Under the pieces are notes generated by a model, which saw nothing but the letters and a program-made list of their open reading frames with translations, did no database searches and was not told the origin of the DNA. A program made the translations under genes and the position numbers. Shown here one piece after another: positions 9,490-20,618 of a stretch of 64,000 bases of DNA. The stretch covers positions 1,702 to 65,701 of the forward strand of contig CAYZVO010000004.1 of assembly GCA_964481655.1 (NCBI GenBank), given 5' to 3'. Origin of the DNA: an uncultured Enterobacterales bacterium (GTDB taxonomy: Bacteria > Myxococcota_A > UBA796 > JAFGLY01). How positions within the stretch are numbered: the first letter of the stretch is position 1; each line of letters begins with the position of its first letter.

Positions 9490-10899
9490 TCAGCCCCCCT
9501 CGGGGAGGGCGATGACACGGCGCACCTTGCCCGCCTGGGGGTCCGGCTCGATGCGCTCGAGCGTCCGGACCTCGAGGTCCACCGCGCCCGCGGGGAGCAG
9601 CCCGTCGAGCTGTCCACCCAGCGCGGCCGACGCGGCCTCAGGGCCCGCGCCATCGGCGAGCACCAGGTCGAGCCGCAGGCGCAGGGGTGCGAGCTGGGTC
9701 AGCTGCCAGTCCAGGACCTCGGGGAGCTCGAGCAGGGTCTCGAGCACCAGGGTCGGGTGCAGGGCCGTGCGCCCACCGTCGGGGCGAGGCAACCAGATCA
9801 GCGCGTCGGAGCGCCCCCGCACGGCCATGAGCCGCGGGAGGGTCGAGCCGCAGGGGCAGGGCGAGCGGTCGATGGCGGCGATGTCGCCGAGCTCGTAGCG
9901 GATCAGCGGCAGCAGCGGGTTGAAGAGGTTGGTGATGAGCACCTTGCTGCCGAACTGCCCGTCGGGCACCGGCCGGTGCTGGTCGTCCACGATCTCGAGG
10001 GCCACCATGTCGATGTTGATGTGCAGGCCGTGGCCGTGCTCGCAGCTGCGGGCGATGGGCAGGCACTCCCCTGCCCCGTACAGGTCGTAGACGGGCACCC
10101 CGAAGGTCTCGGAGGCCAGCTGGCGCACCCGGGGCGACAGGGGCTCGCTCAAGGAGACCACCTTGGCCCGGGGCCCACCGAGGATGTCCAGCCGGCCCGC
10201 GCGGGCCTCCTCGACGAGCAGCTCGAGCACCGAGGGATAGGCGAACAGGATCTGCGGCTGCCCCCGCTGCAGGCGGTCGACGATCCCCTCGATGGGCTCC
10301 CGCAGGGAGATGCGGTCCACCGCGATGAACCAGCGGGAGGCCGCGGGCTGATGCAGGAAGTTGGCGTGGGAGGGCGCGAAGCCGCCGTCCATCAGGACGC
10401 AGGCGATCTTCAGGGCCTCGGGATCGAAGGCCCGCTTCAAGATGCGGGACCCGGAGGCGTCCACCATGGAGCCCCGGGCCAGGTTCACGGCCCGCACCTC
10501 GTCGAAGGCCTCGGCGGCATAGGCCACGACCACCGGCCGGCCCGAGGTCCCCGAGGTGCGGATGATCACGCGGCCGCCGTAGCGCAGGCCCTGGTTCGCC
10601 GGCTCGGCCATGAAGGCCTCGAGCTCGGAGAGCTTCAAGGAGTGGTCGGTGCTGATGTCGTCGAAACGATCCATCAGCGTGGCCTTGTCCATGGTGGGCA
10701 GCGAGGCCAGCTCGACGTCGCGGGGATCGATCCCCGCCAGCCGCTCCCTGTGGAAGGGGGAGCGCTGCTGGGCGAGCGCCACCAGCTCCTCGAGCCGCTG
10801 GCGCTGGACCCGCTCGAGCTGTTCGACGGGCAGGGTGGACTGGCGCCGATAGCGGCGGATCAGGCGCAGCATCCTGACGAGCTCGATCATGGAGTCCAC
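9490..10899 (-). CDS. adenylate-forming enzyme, phenylacetate-CoA ligase (PaaK)/coenzyme F390 synthetase-like family
   Basis: IIRTSGTSGRPVVV (AMP-binding P-loop-like), YGAGE, and ITNLFNPLLPLIRYELGDIA typical of the PaaK/CapK family. Confidence 0.7.
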   Translation of the reverse strand: MDSMIELVRMLRLIRRYRRQSTLPVEQLERVQRQRLEELVALAQQRSPFHRERLAGIDPRDVELASLPTMDKATLMDRFDDISTDHSLKLSELEAFMAEPANQGLRYGGRVIIRTSGTSGRPVVVAYAAEAFDEVRAVNLARGSMVDASGSRILKRAFDPEALKIACVLMDGGFAPSHANFLHQPAASRWFIAVDRISLREPIEGIVDRLQRGQPQILFAYPSVLELLVEEARAGRLDILGGPRAKVVSLSEPLSPRVRQLASETFGVPVYDLYGAGECLPIARSCEHGHGLHINIDMVALEIVDDQHRPVPDGQFGSKVLITNLFNPLLPLIRYELGDIAAIDRSPCPCGSTLPRLMAVRGRSDALIWLPRPDGGRTALHPTLVLETLLELPEVLDWQLTQLAPLRLRLDLVLADGAGPEAASAALGGQLDGLLPAGAVDLEVRTLERIEPDPQAGKVRRVIALPEGG

Positions 10900-10993
10900 T
10901 GGCGGGTGTTCCCCCCCACGTTACCGCTCCAGGGCAGGGACCACGAGACGAGCTTGTGAGATCCGAGTCAGAACCCGCCGCGGAGAGCCCCCG

Positions 10994-11620
10994 ATGGACG
11001 CACGCCACGCCATGGTCGACCGCCAGCTGGTGCCGCGGGGCATCACCGACGAGCGCGTGCTCGACGCCATGCGCAGCGTGCCGCGGGAGCGCTTCATGCC
11101 CGCGAGCAGCCGGGGCCTGGCCTACCAGGACGGCCCCGTACCCATCGGCCACGGACAGACCATCAGCCAGCCCTACATCGTGGCGCTGATGGTGGAGCTG
11201 CTCGAGCTGGGCCCCGAGGATCGCGTGCTCGAGGTGGGCGCCGGCATGGGCTACCAGGCGGCGGTCCTGGGCTGCCTGGCCGGGACCGTGCACAGCCTGG
11301 AGCGCCAGCCCGCGCTGGCCGAGATCGCGGCACGGACCCTCGGGGAGCTGGGCTACGACCGGGTCCAGGTGCACCACCGGGACGGCTTCGAGGGGCTGCC
11401 GGAGCACGGGCCCTTCGACGCCATCGTCGCCGCCGCGGCGCCGGACTCGGTGCCCCAGGCCCTGGTGGACCAGCTGGCCCCCGGAGGGCGCCTGGTGCTC
11501 CCGGTGGGACCCCGCTGGGCGGTGCAGGAGCTGGTGCGCATCAGGCGGACCCCCGGGGGGGTGCAGCGAGAGCGGATCCTGGGGGTGCGCTTCGTGCCTA
11601 TGGTGCCCTCGCTCGCGTAA
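10994..11620 (+). CDS. pcm: protein-L-isoaspartate O-methyltransferase
   Basis: GQTISQPYIVALM, VLEVGAGMGYQAAVL, and a 208-aa length typical of Pcm. Start trimmed to MDARHAM (ATG 10994). Confidence 0.9.
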   Translation: MDARHAMVDRQLVPRGITDERVLDAMRSVPRERFMPASSRGLAYQDGPVPIGHGQTISQPYIVALMVELLELGPEDRVLEVGAGMGYQAAVLGCLAGTVHSLERQPALAEIAARTLGELGYDRVQVHHRDGFEGLPEHGPFDAIVAAAAPDSVPQALVDQLAPGGRLVLPVGPRWAVQELVRIRRTPGGVQRERILGVRFVPMVPSLA

Positions 11621-11694
11621 GGCTCCGGTTTTCCACGCGCGGCCACTCTTTTTGCTCAAGGGTGCCCCCCTTGCTCCGATGAAGACGGGGACCG

Positions 11695-14600
11695 ATGTCG
11701 TGCACCCCGGCACCGGTCCGACCCATGCACATCCTCGCGCTCCCCCTCATCGCCACCCTGCAGGCCGCCACGATCACCGTGGGCTCGGGCTCGAGCTACG
11801 ACCACGCCAGCATCCAGGACGCCATCGACGACGCCAGCGACGGGGACACCATCACGGTGGCCACGGGCACCTACGCCGAGTCCATCGACCTGGCGGGCAA
11901 GGAGCTCACCATCGAGTCCTCGGGCTCCACCTCCCGCACGGTCATCGCGCCGACGGGGAGCTCGCCCGCGATCACGGTGGACCAGGGCGAGAGCGCCGTG
12001 ACGGTCGAGGGCTTCACCATCCAGCCCAGCGGCGGCCGGGCCATCTGGGTCGAGGACTCCAGCCCCTCGTTCGTGGACCTCGCCATCGACAGCGCGGGCA
12101 CGCCGTCCAGCGGTCAAGGCGGCGCCATCTACATCTCCGGCGGCGCCCCCAGCTTCGACCAGCTCGAGGTCTCGGGCAGCCGCGCGGCCTACGGCGGGGA
12201 CCTCTACCTGACCGATCACGCCGACGTGCTGATCACCGACAGCAGCTTCGACAGCTCCCAGGCCACCTTCGGAGGCAGCGTCTGGGCCGAGAACTCCACC
12301 CTCACCCTCATCTCCGTCAGCGCGGTGGACGCGCGCTCCTCCAACTCGGGGGGCTGGGGCTACTTCGACAACGCCGAGCTGTACGCCACGGACCTCGAGC
12401 TCGAGGACCCCAGCGGCGACACCTGCTTCGGCGCCGGGCTGTTCGCCCTGGACCACAGCCACGTGGAGTGGGACGGCGGGGGCGTCAGCGGCGCCGTCGC
12501 GGACGAGTACCGCTCCGGCTACACCGGCGGCGCGGTCCACCTGCGCGGCTCGTCGACCTTCGACGGCACCGACCTGCTCTTCGAGGACAACCTGGCCTAC
12601 GCCGGCGGCGCCATGGACGTGCAGGACAGCGCCAGCGCGACCCTGACGGACTGCAACTTCGACGACAACGAGGCCTACACCAAGGGCGGCGGCCTGCGGG
12701 CCTACGACAGCGGCTCGGCGGCCTGCGACGGCTGCGCCTTCGAGGGCAACGTCGCCGCTGAAGGCGGCGCGGTCGATGTGAGCGTGGACGCCAGCTACAC
12801 GGATCAGGACGGCAGCTACGACGACAACGAGGCCAGCTCCGGCGACGGCGGCGCCGTCCGCGTGGCCGACGACGCCGAGGTCTACATCGAGGGCGCCAGC
12901 TTCGAGGGCAACGCCGCCAGCGAGTCCGGCGGCGCCCTGGCGGTGGAGGACCCGGGCGACGAGGACGTCTACCTGGTCAGCGCTACCTTCACCTCGAACA
13001 CCGCCCAGACCGGCGACGGCGGCGCGGTGGCCATCACCTCCGACGCCAACCTGTGGCTGGATCTGTGCAGCTTCGACCTCAACGAGGCCTCTCTGGGCTG
13101 GGGCGGCGCGGTGGCCTTCGATCCCGACAGCCCGGGCTACACCCTCGAGGCCAGCGACTGCACCTTCGAGGAGAACCAGGCCGACGACGGCGGCGGCGCG
13201 CTGTGGGCCAACGAAGCGGACGAGATCACAGTCCTGGACTCCGCCTTCCTCCGCAACGAGTCGGCCGCTGACGGCGGCGCACTGTACCTCGAGGGCAACG
13301 ACGAGGTGCTGGCCCGCCGCAACCTGTTCCACGAGAACACCGCCGTCTCGGTGGGCGGCGCCTACTACGAGACGGGCACCGCCATCAGCGCCGAGGTCAC
13401 CAACTGCATCTTCTCCGAGAACATGGCGACGCTGGGCGCCGCCGTGGCCCTCGAGGACCAGACCATCCAGATGGAGCTGGTCAACAACAACCTCACCGGC
13501 AACGACGCCACCAGCGACGGCGCCCACCTCTACCTGAGCTCCGCGACCATCAGCTTCGTCAACAACATCGCCACCAACGGCGTGGACGGCGGCGGGCTGT
13601 ACGCGGCGGACAGCGCCTCGGCCTCGGGATCCGACTTCTACTACGACGACGTGTGGTCCAACTCCGGCGGAGACTACACCGGCACCCTGACCGACCCGGT
13701 GGGGACCAGCGGCAACATCTCCGAGGATCCCCAGCTGCGCTCCTACACCCAGGACGGGGACGAGACCAACGACGACCACCACCTGGAGCTCGACAGCCCC
13801 TGCCTGGACCAGGGCGACCCCAGCATCGTCGATCTGGACGGCACCCAGTCGGACATCGGCGTGTACGGCGGCCCCTACGCGGACGGCTCCGACGCCGACG
13901 GCGACGGCTACTGGGACATCACCGACTGCGACGACACCGACCCCACCATCCACCCCGGCGCCGAGGAGACCCCCTACGACGGGATCGACCAGGACTGCGA
14001 CGGGCACGATCTGATCGACGTGGACGGCGACGGCTACGAGGCCCCGGACGTGGGGGGCACCGACTGCGACGACGATGATGCGACCATCTATCCGGGCGCG
14101 CCGGACACCTGGTACGACGGCGTGGACAGCGACTGCGCCGGGGACGACGACTACGATCAGGACGGCGACGGCTACCAGTCCTCCGCCTACGGCGGCCAGG
14201 ACTGCGACGACACCGATCCCAACATCAACCCCGGCGTGCCCGACACCTGGTACGACGGCGTGGACAGCGACTGCGACGGCCACAGCGACTACGACGCCGA
14301 CTACGACGGCCGGGACGACGTCGGCTACGGCGGCGACGACTGCGACGACACCGACGGCAGCATCTACCCCGGCGCCACCGAGATCCCCTACGACGGCCTC
14401 GACCAGGACTGCGACGGCGAAGACATCACCGACGTGGACCAGGACGGCTACGACGCCGAGGTGGTGGGCGGCACCGACTGCGACGACGAGAACGCCGAGG
14501 CCTACCCCGGCGCCCCCGATGACCCCTACGACGGCGTGGACACCGACTGCGACGGCTTCCACGACTACGATCTGGACCACGACGGCTACATCCCGGTCAC

Positions 14601-16857
14601 CTTCGGCGGCGAGGACTGCGACGACACCGACCCGATGATCAGCCCCGAGGCCGACGAGATCTGGTACGACGGCGTGGACCAGGACTGCGACGAGCACAGC
14701 GACTACGACCAGGACTTCGACGGCTGGGACAGCGACCAGTACGGCGGCGAGGACTGCGACGACACCCACGCCGACGCCCACCCCGGCGCCACCGAGATCT
14801 GGTACGACGGCATCGACCAGGCCTGCGACGGCGGCGACGACTACGACCAGGACGGCGACGGCTGGCAGTGGTCGGCCTTCTACGGCCCCGAGGACGACTG
14901 CAACGACGAGAACGCCCACATCCACCCCGGGGCGGTGGAGCAGTTCAACGGGCTGGACGACGACTGCGACGGCTGGACGGAGCTGGACGACCGGGACCAG
15001 GACGGCATGGCCGACTGGTTCGAGTGGATGCACGGCACCGACTACGAGAACCCGGACACCGACGGCGACACCCTGCTGGACGGCGAGGAGATCGACAGCA
15101 CCCTCGACCCCGCTGACACCGACGCGGACACCATCATCGATCCCCTGGACGAGGACGACGACGGAGACGGCATCCCCAGCCGCACCGAGCTGACCACCGA
15201 CGTGGACGACGACCAGATCTGGGACCAGGACGTGGACGGCGACGGCCTGCTCAACTCCGTGGACAAGGACGCCGACGGCGACAGCTACCCCGACCGCACC
15301 GAGGGCACCGAGGATCGGGACCGCGACGGCGTGCCCGACTACCTGGACTACACCGGGGACTACGCCGGAGGCGGCTGCGCGGCCCTCAGCGGCTGCGGCG
15401 GCGGCAACGGCGGCCTGGCCGGCCTGCTGCTGCTCGGCGGCCTGTTCGGCTCCCGGCGCCGGCGTCGGGCCACCATCTGGGCCCCCCTCGCGGGCCTGGG
15501 CCTGCTGCTGGCGCTCGCGCTCCAGCCCGGCGCCGCCACGGCGGCGGAGGACTACGACGCCGTGGACGTGCGCGGGTTCTGGATGGCCGACACCTCCGGC
15601 GATCCCCACCGCCCCGTGCGCCTGGCCTACCCCTCCTCGGGCACCGGCTGGGACGCCGGCCTGCTGGTGGACGCCGCCCGCAATCCCCTGGTCGAGGTCA
15701 TGCCCGACGGCCGCGAGGCCATCGTCGACCTGATGACCAGCGCCCACGCCTTCGGCGGCATCTCCTGGCGGGGAATGCGCTTCGACATGGCGGTGCCGGT
15801 CACCCTCTACGGGCACGATCTGGCGGGCGGCTTCGCCGCCATGGGCGACCTGCGGGCCGGGATGCACGGGCCCGCCGTGGCCCCCCGGGGCAGCGGCCCC
15901 GGGGGGGGTGTGGCCGCCTGGGGCTGGCTGCCCACCGGAGGCGAGGCCCGCTGGTCCGGCAGCCCCGGGGCCGCCGCGGGCGCCGTGGCGACGGTGGCCC
16001 AGGAGATCGGCCCCATCGGCTGGACCGTCAACGCCGGCGTGCGCGTGGCCCGCGCCGACGACGCCCGCAACATCCGCTCCGGGCCCGGCCCCCTGGGGGG
16101 CGCGGACCTGCACTACAGCGTCACCGACGCCCTCGCCGGGGGCGTCGGCGCCGTGGTCCAGGGCACCACCGGCTGGAGCTCCTGGCCCCTCGTGGCCGAC
16201 GCCCGGGTCCGCTACCGGGTCCGCGGTGGCGGCTTCGCCATCGCCGGCCTGGCCACCGGCATCACCGACGGCGTCGGCGCCGCGGGAGCGCGGGCCTACG
16301 CCGGCGTCGGCTACGGCCGGCGGCGCTCGGACTGGAGCCCCGCGATCATCGAGGCGCCCGTGCCCACCCTGATCCACGAGGTCACGGTCCAGCCCGGTGA
16401 GCTGCCGCTGGTGGAGCAGCCCCTGGCCTTCCTGGCCGAGGACCGCATCGTGGTCGGCGAGCAGATCTTCTTCCGCGAGGCCCGCACCGCGATCCTGCCG
16501 GAGAGCGAAGAGGTGCTCGAGGCCGTCCGCGACGTGCTGATGGAGCATCCCGAGGTCACCTGGCTGCTGGTGGAGGGACACACCAACTCCCGCGGCAGCG
16601 AGGGCTACAACCTCGAGCTGTCCGAGGGCCGCGCCCAGGCCGTGGTCGACTGGCTGGTGGCCCACGGCGTCCCCTCCGAGCGCCTGCTGGCCAAGGGCCA
16701 CGGCGAGAACCAGCCCCTGCTCGAGGACAACCACCCCGACGCCATGGTGGTCAACCGCCGGGTGGAGTTCCTGGTCCTGCGCTCGGACGAGACCCCGGAC
16801 GACGTGGTGCGCCCGGACCAGAACGCCGTCCCCGATGAGGCGTGGAAGGATCGATAG
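11695..16857 (+). CDS. giant secreted repeat protein: Pmp-type parallel beta-helix, 8 MopE-like Cys/Asp repeats, TSP3-like Ca-binding repeats, internal MYXO-CTERM-like segment, C-terminal OmpA domain
   Basis: Signal-like MHILALPLIATLQA (alternative ATG 11725). Repeated FxxN...GGA(L/V) units. Eight copies of DCDDxDxxIxPGAxExxYDGxDxDCDG. DxDxDG runs. GGGCAALSGCGGGNGGLAGLLLLGGLFGSRRRRR. The C-terminus LLVEGHTNSRGSEGYNLELSEGRAQAV...NRRVEFLV matches the OmpA_C signature. Confidence 0.8.
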   Translation: MSCTPAPVRPMHILALPLIATLQAATITVGSGSSYDHASIQDAIDDASDGDTITVATGTYAESIDLAGKELTIESSGSTSRTVIAPTGSSPAITVDQGESAVTVEGFTIQPSGGRAIWVEDSSPSFVDLAIDSAGTPSSGQGGAIYISGGAPSFDQLEVSGSRAAYGGDLYLTDHADVLITDSSFDSSQATFGGSVWAENSTLTLISVSAVDARSSNSGGWGYFDNAELYATDLELEDPSGDTCFGAGLFALDHSHVEWDGGGVSGAVADEYRSGYTGGAVHLRGSSTFDGTDLLFEDNLAYAGGAMDVQDSASATLTDCNFDDNEAYTKGGGLRAYDSGSAACDGCAFEGNVAAEGGAVDVSVDASYTDQDGSYDDNEASSGDGGAVRVADDAEVYIEGASFEGNAASESGGALAVEDPGDEDVYLVSATFTSNTAQTGDGGAVAITSDANLWLDLCSFDLNEASLGWGGAVAFDPDSPGYTLEASDCTFEENQADDGGGALWANEADEITVLDSAFLRNESAADGGALYLEGNDEVLARRNLFHENTAVSVGGAYYETGTAISAEVTNCIFSENMATLGAAVALEDQTIQMELVNNNLTGNDATSDGAHLYLSSATISFVNNIATNGVDGGGLYAADSASASGSDFYYDDVWSNSGGDYTGTLTDPVGTSGNISEDPQLRSYTQDGDETNDDHHLELDSPCLDQGDPSIVDLDGTQSDIGVYGGPYADGSDADGDGYWDITDCDDTDPTIHPGAEETPYDGIDQDCDGHDLIDVDGDGYEAPDVGGTDCDDDDATIYPGAPDTWYDGVDSDCAGDDDYDQDGDGYQSSAYGGQDCDDTDPNINPGVPDTWYDGVDSDCDGHSDYDADYDGRDDVGYGGDDCDDTDGSIYPGATEIPYDGLDQDCDGEDITDVDQDGYDAEVVGGTDCDDENAEAYPGAPDDPYDGVDTDCDGFHDYDLDHDGYIPVTFGGEDCDDTDPMISPEADEIWYDGVDQDCDEHSDYDQDFDGWDSDQYGGEDCDDTHADAHPGATEIWYDGIDQACDGGDDYDQDGDGWQWSAFYGPEDDCNDENAHIHPGAVEQFNGLDDDCDGWTELDDRDQDGMADWFEWMHGTDYENPDTDGDTLLDGEEIDSTLDPADTDADTIIDPLDEDDDGDGIPSRTELTTDVDDDQIWDQDVDGDGLLNSVDKDADGDSYPDRTEGTEDRDRDGVPDYLDYTGDYAGGGCAALSGCGGGNGGLAGLLLLGGLFGSRRRRRATIWAPLAGLGLLLALALQPGAATAAEDYDAVDVRGFWMADTSGDPHRPVRLAYPSSGTGWDAGLLVDAARNPLVEVMPDGREAIVDLMTSAHAFGGISWRGMRFDMAVPVTLYGHDLAGGFAAMGDLRAGMHGPAVAPRGSGPGGGVAAWGWLPTGGEARWSGSPGAAAGAVATVAQEIGPIGWTVNAGVRVARADDARNIRSGPGPLGGADLHYSVTDALAGGVGAVVQGTTGWSSWPLVADARVRYRVRGGGFAIAGLATGITDGVGAAGARAYAGVGYGRRRSDWSPAIIEAPVPTLIHEVTVQPGELPLVEQPLAFLAEDRIVVGEQIFFREARTAILPESEEVLEAVRDVLMEHPEVTWLLVEGHTNSRGSEGYNLELSEGRAQAVVDWLVAHGVPSERLLAKGHGENQPLLEDNHPDAMVVNRRVEFLVLRSDETPDDVVRPDQNAVPDEAWKDR
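13890..14975 (+). repeat. coding tandem array of 8 MopE-like putative metal-binding repeats (~38-40 aa each)
   Basis: ITDCDDTDPTIHPGA, GTDCDDDDATIYPGA, GQDCDDTDPNINPGV, GDDCDDTDGSIYPGA, GTDCDDENAEAYPGA, GEDCDDTDPMISPEA, GEDCDDTHADAHPGA, EDDCNDENAHIHPGA. Each is followed by YDGxDxDCDG. Confidence 0.8.
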
Positions 16858-16890
16858 GGACAGGGCGACGCCTGGGCCCGGCCCGAGGGA

Positions 16891-16928
16891 GCTGATAGGC
16901 GACAGCTGACAGCTGACAGCTGACAGCT
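16891..16928. repeat. family A heptamer array (GCTGACA)n, solo arm
   Basis: GCTGATA GGCGACA GCTGACA GCTGACA GCTGACA GCT, lying between stop 16857 and start 16938. Confidence 0.85.
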
Positions 16929-16937
16929 CGGAGCCCC

Positions 16938-17831
16938 ATGCTCTCCTGGACCAAAGCCGGGGCCGTCAAGCGGCCCCCCCCCCTGCAGATCCGCGTGCAG
17001 CGCCGCTACCCGGACCGGGTGCGCGCGGGGGCTCCCCTGCCCACCCGCAGCCTGTCCCGGGCCGAGCTGCTCGCCAACCTGCGGCACTTCACCGAGGGCA
17101 AGCGGGGCCCGCGCACCGCGCCCTGCACCACCCTGGTGCTCTCGGGGGTCGGGCTGCTGGCCTCGCCGGACACCGCGCCGGTGCTCGAGGCCGCTCGCGA
17201 GCTCGGCATCGAGCACGTGGTGCTGCACGCTGGCACCGAGGACCTGGCCGGCTTCGACGCCGCCCCCTGGAGCGCGCTGGTGGACGTCCTGGTGGTCCCC
17301 CTGCAGCCGGGCCGGGGCGACGCGCTGCTGGAGCATGGCGCGCGAGCGGTCGCCGCCTGTCGGGAGGCGGGCATCGAGGTGGCCGCCAACACCGTGCTCC
17401 GCGCCGAGGCGGTAGACGCCCTGACAGCCCTCGTCGGCCTGGTGCAGCGCCTCGCCCCCCACAGCCTGACCCTGTCCTACCCCTTCCCCAGCGGCGGTCC
17501 CCAGCCCGCCCCGCCTCACCCTCGGGCGCTGCTGCCTGCGCTGCAGCGGGCCGTGGAACAGCTCGAGGCGGCCGGAGCCGACCCACGGCTCAAGGGCCTG
17601 CCCGCCTGCTGGCTGGGTCCCCTCGCCCACCGCCTCCGCCCGTCGTCCAACCGCTGGTACGTCGACGCCGATCACCAACTGGACGGCGCGCTGCTGTTCT
17701 TCCCGGACGTGCTGGCCTTCCACAAGGGCGACGCCTGCCGCTTCTGCGTCAGCGACGGACGCTGCGACGGCTTCTTCGCCGCCTGGCTGCGCCAGCCGGG
17801 CTTCCCCGGGCTGGAGCCGATGGACGCCTGA
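16938..17831 (+). CDS. hypothetical protein, possibly a radical-SAM/SPASM-derived fold lacking the CxxxCxxC triad
   Basis: High GC3. LVLSGVGLLASPDTAPVLEAARELGIEHVVLHAG resembles the GGEP/TIM-barrel core. The C-terminal CRFCVSDGRCDG is Cys-rich. No N-terminal Cys triad. Confidence 0.45.
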   Translation: MLSWTKAGAVKRPPPLQIRVQRRYPDRVRAGAPLPTRSLSRAELLANLRHFTEGKRGPRTAPCTTLVLSGVGLLASPDTAPVLEAARELGIEHVVLHAGTEDLAGFDAAPWSALVDVLVVPLQPGRGDALLEHGARAVAACREAGIEVAANTVLRAEAVDALTALVGLVQRLAPHSLTLSYPFPSGGPQPAPPHPRALLPALQRAVEQLEAAGADPRLKGLPACWLGPLAHRLRPSSNRWYVDADHQLDGALLFFPDVLAFHKGDACRFCVSDGRCDGFFAAWLRQPGFPGLEPMDA

Positions 17832-17834
17832 CGG

Positions 17835-19061
17835 TCAGTCGGCGGGCTCTTCGATGCGGGCGAGCTGGGCGCAGGCCTGCTGCACCCGCGCGCTGGTGCC
17901 GCCACACACGGCGCGCAGGCGCCGCTCTGCCAGCTCGACCCGACCGGCGGTGAGCGCGGCCTGAGCCTGGTACCAGCCGAGATCCCGCAGCTCGGGCTCG
18001 AGCTCGGCGACGCGGTCGAAGGCCTCCACGGCTTGGTCTCCCCTGCCCGCGCAGAGGGCGGCCAGGGCCTCCCAGGTCCAGGCCTGGACCAGGGCGGGAT
18101 CCCGCATACGGGCCAGCCGGAAGCGGTTGGCACCCATCGCGCAGTCCCCCAGCGCGAGCTCCTCGAAGGCTGGCTCGAGGGCGGGGGCCACGTCCCGGGG
18201 TGCTGGGAACGGAGGCAGCTCGCCTTCGGCCAGCTCGGCGAGGGCGGGGTCGATTGTCGGCGCGGCGAGCTCCCCACCGCAGCCGTGGTCCATGCGCGAG
18301 ATGATGAGCACGAGGGCCACCGCCAGGACCGCCAGGGGCAACACCCGCATCGGCCGCTCGCCCCGCTTGCGACGGCGCAGCCGGCGGCGCTTGGCGGCCT
18401 TGTCACCGCCGTCACGGGCGGCCTCCACCGCGTCGGCGGTCTCGAGCAGGCGCTGCAGCATGGCCTCGGCCGCGCTGGAGCTGTCGCTCTTGTCCTCGGC
18501 GCCCCCGCTGTAGCGGCCCGGGTGTTCGGGGCCACCGAGGAAGGCCACCTGGCGGGTGCCATCCAGGGCGGCGTCGATGTGGTGCTGGGCGGTGATCTCT
18601 TCCGGATCGTCGTCCTCTTCCTCGTCGAAGGTGGCCGACGCGGCCGCGTCGCGCACGGAGCGGGCCTGCTCGGTGCACTCGGCGCAGGAGCTCAGGTGTT
18701 GCTCCGCGGCGTTCCGACTGGCGCTGGCCAGGATCTGGGGCACGAGGGCCACCGAGACGAGGATCCCGGGGGGCAGGTGTCCCGCTCCCCGCTCGGACCC
18801 CTGCAGGCGCCGCAGGTGCTCCACGCCCCGCCGCGCCGCCGCCATCACGGCCGCGGCCAGCAGGGTGTCCATGGCTCGCAGCTCACGCTCGAGGGCTTCC
18901 GCCACCGCCGCGTTGGCCAGCACCCGCTGGGTGACCGGGTCGTCCACTCGCAGCGACGGATGGGACAGCAGCTGGCGCGCAGCCGAGCGGAGCTGATCCT
19001 CGACGGCCCGTGCGGCCTCTTGGTCGCCCTGGAGCGCGCGCTGCACGGTGCGGTTGTCCAT
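17835..19061 (-). CDS. membrane-spanning anti-sigma-factor-like protein (HxxxCxxC zinc motif)
   Basis: Start trimmed to MDNRTVQRAL (ATG 19061). HLSSCAEC fits the ZAS H-x3-C-x2-C motif. Basic stretch KRRRLRRRKR, then TM helix VLPLAVLAVALVLIIS, then a helical C-terminal domain. The upstream 280 codons of the track ORF overlap the divergent regulator and are rejected. Confidence 0.55.
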   Translation of the reverse strand: MDNRTVQRALQGDQEAARAVEDQLRSAARQLLSHPSLRVDDPVTQRVLANAAVAEALERELRAMDTLLAAAVMAAARRGVEHLRRLQGSERGAGHLPPGILVSVALVPQILASASRNAAEQHLSSCAECTEQARSVRDAAASATFDEEEDDDPEEITAQHHIDAALDGTRQVAFLGGPEHPGRYSGGAEDKSDSSSAAEAMLQRLLETADAVEAARDGGDKAAKRRRLRRRKRGERPMRVLPLAVLAVALVLIISRMDHGCGGELAAPTIDPALAELAEGELPPFPAPRDVAPALEPAFEELALGDCAMGANRFRLARMRDPALVQAWTWEALAALCAGRGDQAVEAFDRVAELEPELRDLGWYQAQAALTAGRVELAERRLRAVCGGTSARVQQACAQLARIEEPAD

Positions 19062-19154
19062 AGTGATCGACCAGCTGGAGTTCGGACAGGCTCTCTCAGA
19101 GGATAACCGAGTTAAGGAGCAAACCCACGGAACGAGCGAAGACGACGCCCCCCG

Positions 19155-20612
<1,458 letters not shown>

Positions 20613-20618
20613 CCCGGG

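Noticed and set aside
11640-11656. The sigma-54-like sequence CGGCCACTCTTTTTGCT upstream of the giant gene.
   Set aside because: The GG-to-GC spacing is one nucleotide longer than the consensus, and sigma-54 promoters tolerate spacing changes poorly.
11656-16734. A 1692-aa minus-strand ORF antisense to the giant repeat-protein gene.
   Set aside because: The translation is low-complexity (G/A/V/D/H runs) with no motifs. It mirrors the codon phase of the plus-strand gene, which has clear domain signatures. It is a typical high-GC shadow ORF.
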